From positions 1 through 36,727 of IMG/VR virus record IMGVR_UViG_3300025012_000207: DNA of 36,727 bases; one strand, 5' to 3'. The notes beneath the pieces were generated by a model. The model was not told the DNA's origin. It was given only the letters and a program-made list of their open reading frames with translations, and did not search any database. Shown one piece after another: positions 34,320-36,727 of this stretch (position 1 is its first letter; every line of letters starts with the position of its first letter). The position numbers and the translations under genes were made by a program. This stretch comes from a virus (taxonomy: Duplodnaviria > Caudoviricetes).

Positions 34320-34610
34320 ATGGGAATTTTTGACGCAATAAAAGGACTGTCAGCACTCCAGAAAGCGATGGAGGCAGGCAAGGAAATCAAAGATCCGGCA
34401 GCGTGGAAAGACCGGCAGGTACTAATAAACAAGGTCGGCATCATCCTGGTCGCGCTTACAGCCGCAGCTCGGGCCGCTGGTTTGGAGATCCCCCAAAGCG
34501 ACATCCCGTGGCAGACCATGGTTGACTATGCTACGGAGGCTGTTGTCGGGGTGATGATGCTGGTGAATATCGTGCTGACTTTTGCCACTTCCAAGAAGGT
34601 CGGCAAATGA
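34320..34610 (+). CDS. holin-like membrane protein (two TM helices)
   Basis: AAGGAG SD; two hydrophobic segments and a basic C-terminus ATSKKVGK. Confidence 0.6.
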   Translation: MGIFDAIKGLSALQKAMEAGKEIKDPAAWKDRQVLINKVGIILVALTAAARAAGLEIPQSDIPWQTMVDYATEAVVGVMMLVNIVLTFATSKKVGK

Positions 34611-34885
34611 GAGAGCGAAGAGGCCCAATATATCTCGGCCATCAAGCCATTGCGCTGGTCAGTATATATAACAAGTATTCAGATTGTCTTGATATTGCCT
34701 TGAGCGACTTTCTTATATACCAGAAGCCGCACCAAGAATGGGCCGAAGAAGGTGCGCGGGAGTTAATGAATCACCTTGCCGACGATTGCAATCTTCTTTT
34801 TCTCAGGGCGTTAAAAGCAGAGGTAGAGAAGGAAATAGAGAAAAGAGAATCACTAAGAACCTCAACCGAAACAGGTGAAAAATGA
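34607..34885 (+). CDS. hypothetical protein
   Basis: ATGA overlaps on both sides. Confidence 0.6.
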   Translation: MRERRGPIYLGHQAIALVSIYNKYSDCLDIALSDFLIYQKPHQEWAEEGARELMNHLADDCNLLFLRALKAEVEKEIEKRESLRTSTETGEK

Positions 34886-35118
34886 AATACTTACTGCTCG
34901 TAATGCAACTAATCCCCTCCATCATCGCGGCTATCAAATCCCTGGAAGAGTTTATTCCTGCGTCTGGTGCAGGCAAGGACAAACTCGCAGTCATCCGCCA
35001 GATTATCGAATCGACTTACGAAGGGGCTAAAGAGGCCATGCCCACCATCGAGAAAGTAATTGCTACGCTGGTCGATTTAGCCAACAAATACGGCGTGTTC
35101 AAGACGACGACGAAATAA
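34882..35118 (+). CDS. lysis-cassette amphipathic protein (holin-like)
   Basis: AGGT SD; hydrophobic N-terminus and GAGKDKL...GVF pattern. Confidence 0.55.
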   Translation: MKYLLLVMQLIPSIIAAIKSLEEFIPASGAGKDKLAVIRQIIESTYEGAKEAMPTIEKVIATLVDLANKYGVFKTTTK

Positions 35119-35130
35119 CCCTCTTCCGGT

Positions 35131-35415
35131 ATGGACACGATGACCACAGAGCAGATTGACGAGATTGCGGAAAGGGCGGCGAGGGCGGCGATTGCATCAT
35201 ATATCAGGCACAGTGACGGGGTGTGTAAACTGTGCGACGATGAGGAATACTGGAAAGATCACGAAGCGCAACACCAGTTCCTGAAAGAATTGATTGCTAC
35301 ATTGAAACGCCTTCAGGAAGTGAAGTGGTCAACTTTTAAAAGTGTCGGCGCGGTCCTGGGGGTTGCTTTCGTTATGTTCCTGCTGCTTACCTTCTTTGGA
35401 ATAAAAATACCCTGA
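35131..35415 (+). CDS. holin/antiholin-like protein with C-terminal TM helix
   Basis: Soluble N-terminus, HQFLKE, single C-terminal hydrophobic helix; directly before the endolysin. Confidence 0.55.
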   Translation: MDTMTTEQIDEIAERAARAAIASYIRHSDGVCKLCDDEEYWKDHEAQHQFLKELIATLKRLQEVKWSTFKSVGAVLGVAFVMFLLLTFFGIKIP

Positions 35416-35424
35416 GCGTGATAG

Positions 35425-35913
35425 ATGGCTGATACAGTAGAGAAATGGCTCATCCGCATACTGGGACACGAGGGCGGATACTCTGACGATCCTTCAGACC
35501 CCGGTGGAGAAACCAGGTGGGGGGTAAGCAAGCGATCCTACCCCCACCTAGATATTGCCAACCTGACCGTTGAGGAAGCCGCTGAGATATACAAGCGCGA
35601 TTACCTAACCCCGTTGCACTGGGATAAATACCATGACGGAGTGGCGTTTCAGTTGTTCGACTTCGGTGTCAATTCCGGCCCTAAAACAGCCATAAAGCGC
35701 CTACAGCGCGAGTTAGGAGTTAAAGACGATGGAGTAGTCGGCCCGGTCACAATCGCTCGCATAGGGGCACTGAGCGAATCTGATTTGATTATGATCCTCA
35801 TCGCCAACCGGATAGAGTTTATGACCGACCTCCGCAACTGGGGCAGTGCTGGTCGGGGGTGGATGAAACGGATGGCGCGTAACCTTAGGTATGGTGCTGA
35901 GGATAGTGATTAA
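35425..35913 (+). CDS. endolysin, glycoside hydrolase family 108 with peptidoglycan-binding C-terminus
   Basis: HEGGYSDDPSDPGGETRWGVS, FDFGVNSG, DDGVVGPVT, RGWMKR. Confidence 0.93.
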   Translation: MADTVEKWLIRILGHEGGYSDDPSDPGGETRWGVSKRSYPHLDIANLTVEEAAEIYKRDYLTPLHWDKYHDGVAFQLFDFGVNSGPKTAIKRLQRELGVKDDGVVGPVTIARIGALSESDLIMILIANRIEFMTDLRNWGSAGRGWMKRMARNLRYGAEDSD

Positions 35914-35920
35914 TCATCTA

Positions 35921-36241
35921 TCATCCACCATACTTAGCCTTGAGTTTTTCAAACTGGCGCAACTCCTGTGCCTCGATAAACTTGCGCCTATCCTCTTCTT
36001 TCTCTAGTCTGGCTGCTTCCTCTTCGTCCGTCTCGGTCCTATAGTAATAAATTTCAATGTCAAGCCGAGAGCAGTCATAAGAGACGGTGGTTGAGCAATC
36101 TACTGTAGCCACATCCCAATATTCAGCAGGCACCAAGTCAAACTTATCCTGCCACCATTTCAAGAACTCTTTCGGGTTACCCGGCAAATCGTATTCACAT
36201 GACTCATCACTGAAGACCACAACCTTAATTTCATCCTTCAT
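35921..36241 (-). CDS. hypothetical phage protein (convergent with the endolysin)
   Basis: AGGTGA SD; YYRTETDEEEAARLE...ELRQFEKLKAKY C-terminus typical of small phage proteins. Confidence 0.8.
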   Translation of the reverse strand: MKDEIKVVVFSDESCEYDLPGNPKEFLKWWQDKFDLVPAEYWDVATVDCSTTVSYDCSRLDIEIYYYRTETDEEEAARLEKEEDRRKFIEAQELRQFEKLKAKYGG

Positions 36242-36269
36242 TTTATTTTCACCTTTCTGCTGAATTTAC

Positions 36270-36298
36270 TTGCTAGGTTTCTCTATTCGTGTTATAAT
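36270..36298 (+). promoter_or_regulatory. sigma70-type promoter P1
   Basis: TTGCTA-17 bp-TATAAT, preceded by TGn. Confidence 0.7.
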
Positions 36299-36316
36299 AT
36301 AAGGGTCAAATGATAC

Positions 36317-36345
36317 TTGACTTTCTTTCTGGCGGAAGATAAAAT
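36317..36345 (+). promoter_or_regulatory. sigma70-type promoter P2
   Basis: TTGACT-17 bp-TAAAAT; the spacer contains CTGGCGGAAGA. Confidence 0.75.
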
Positions 36346-36351
36346 AGACAC

Positions 36352-36442
36352 GAATCATATACGCCCCTGTTGGCGACATTTTCCAGTAGTTTATTTCTTC
36401 CGCCAGGATTAATTGGAAAGCGTCGTTCGACAGGGGTTTTTC
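36352..36442 (+). ncRNA. putative ~90-nt antisense/regulatory small RNA (long hairpin plus U-tract)
   Basis: P2 upstream; stem 36364-36391/36407-36436 with several G.U pairs that favour the + strand; apical loop containing TCTTCCGCCAG; followed by TTTTTCTT. Confidence 0.65.
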
Positions 36443-36727
36443 TTATTCAGCGTTCTTAATCTGCCCCGGCCCGCCAGCCAAAAAAGTAACCTGTGCAATT
36501 GGCGAGAAGAATTGGCTTCGGGACTTGCCCCGGTCCCACACGATACACGCGCCGCCGAAAGAAGCTTTTTGGCACTTGATGGGAACGCGACCACGGCAGA
36601 TATCAGTTCGATTGATATCATCGGTGGATATGGGACAAGGGATAGTCCACGAAAAATACTCCGGCGCGATAAACGAAGTCAGTCACCAGCAATGGTTGCC
36701 GCTTACACCTCTTGCGGCTCTTTTTGG

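Noticed and set aside
36409-36621. 70-aa minus-strand ORF
   Set aside because: No SD, and it ends within the hairpin element (KKNPCR arises from the complement of the terminator U-tract); not supportable as a gene.
1-36727. Genome-wide stop-codon recoding (TAG read as sense)
   Set aside because: All structural genes are intact in the standard code and several (terS, 19096, giant, 29700) end plausibly at TAG.
1-36727. tRNA genes, introns/inteins, host assignment
   Set aside because: No cloverleaf with a T-loop consensus seen; TerL, portal and MCP have normal lengths; nothing in the window identifies the host beyond lipoproteins and GH108 being compatible with a Gram-negative bacterium.

Overview
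The window is the late (morphogenesis and lysis) arm of a tailed dsDNA phage or prophage with podovirus-like organisation, almost all on the + strand. In order: small Cys-rich ORFs, TerS, an ~850-bp gap, PBSX-type TerL, P22-like portal, scaffold, N4-gp56-like major capsid, decoration/adaptor/nozzle, a first tail-appendage module, candidate ejection proteins ending in a 2801-aa large polyvalent protein (two HExxH motifs, an ART-PolyVal-like and a second ART-like domain), a separately promoted second fibre module, exported proteins/lipoproteins, holin-like genes and a GH108 endolysin. Family names come from motif recognition and synteny, not database searches. Three things stand out. (1) An 80-aa antisense membrane protein with its own promoters sits between the ejection genes, and its C-terminus (GAFDDIF) copies the duplicated N-terminal motif of the giant ejection protein using synonymous codons: a candidate decoy/mimicry superinfection-exclusion system. 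(2) At the right end there is a two-promoter small-RNA switch whose hairpin loop is complementary to the spacer of its own promoter. (3) Two single genes are bracketed by short direct repeats that carry a stop codon and RBS. I saw no integrase, tRNA, CRISPR array or reverse transcriptase.
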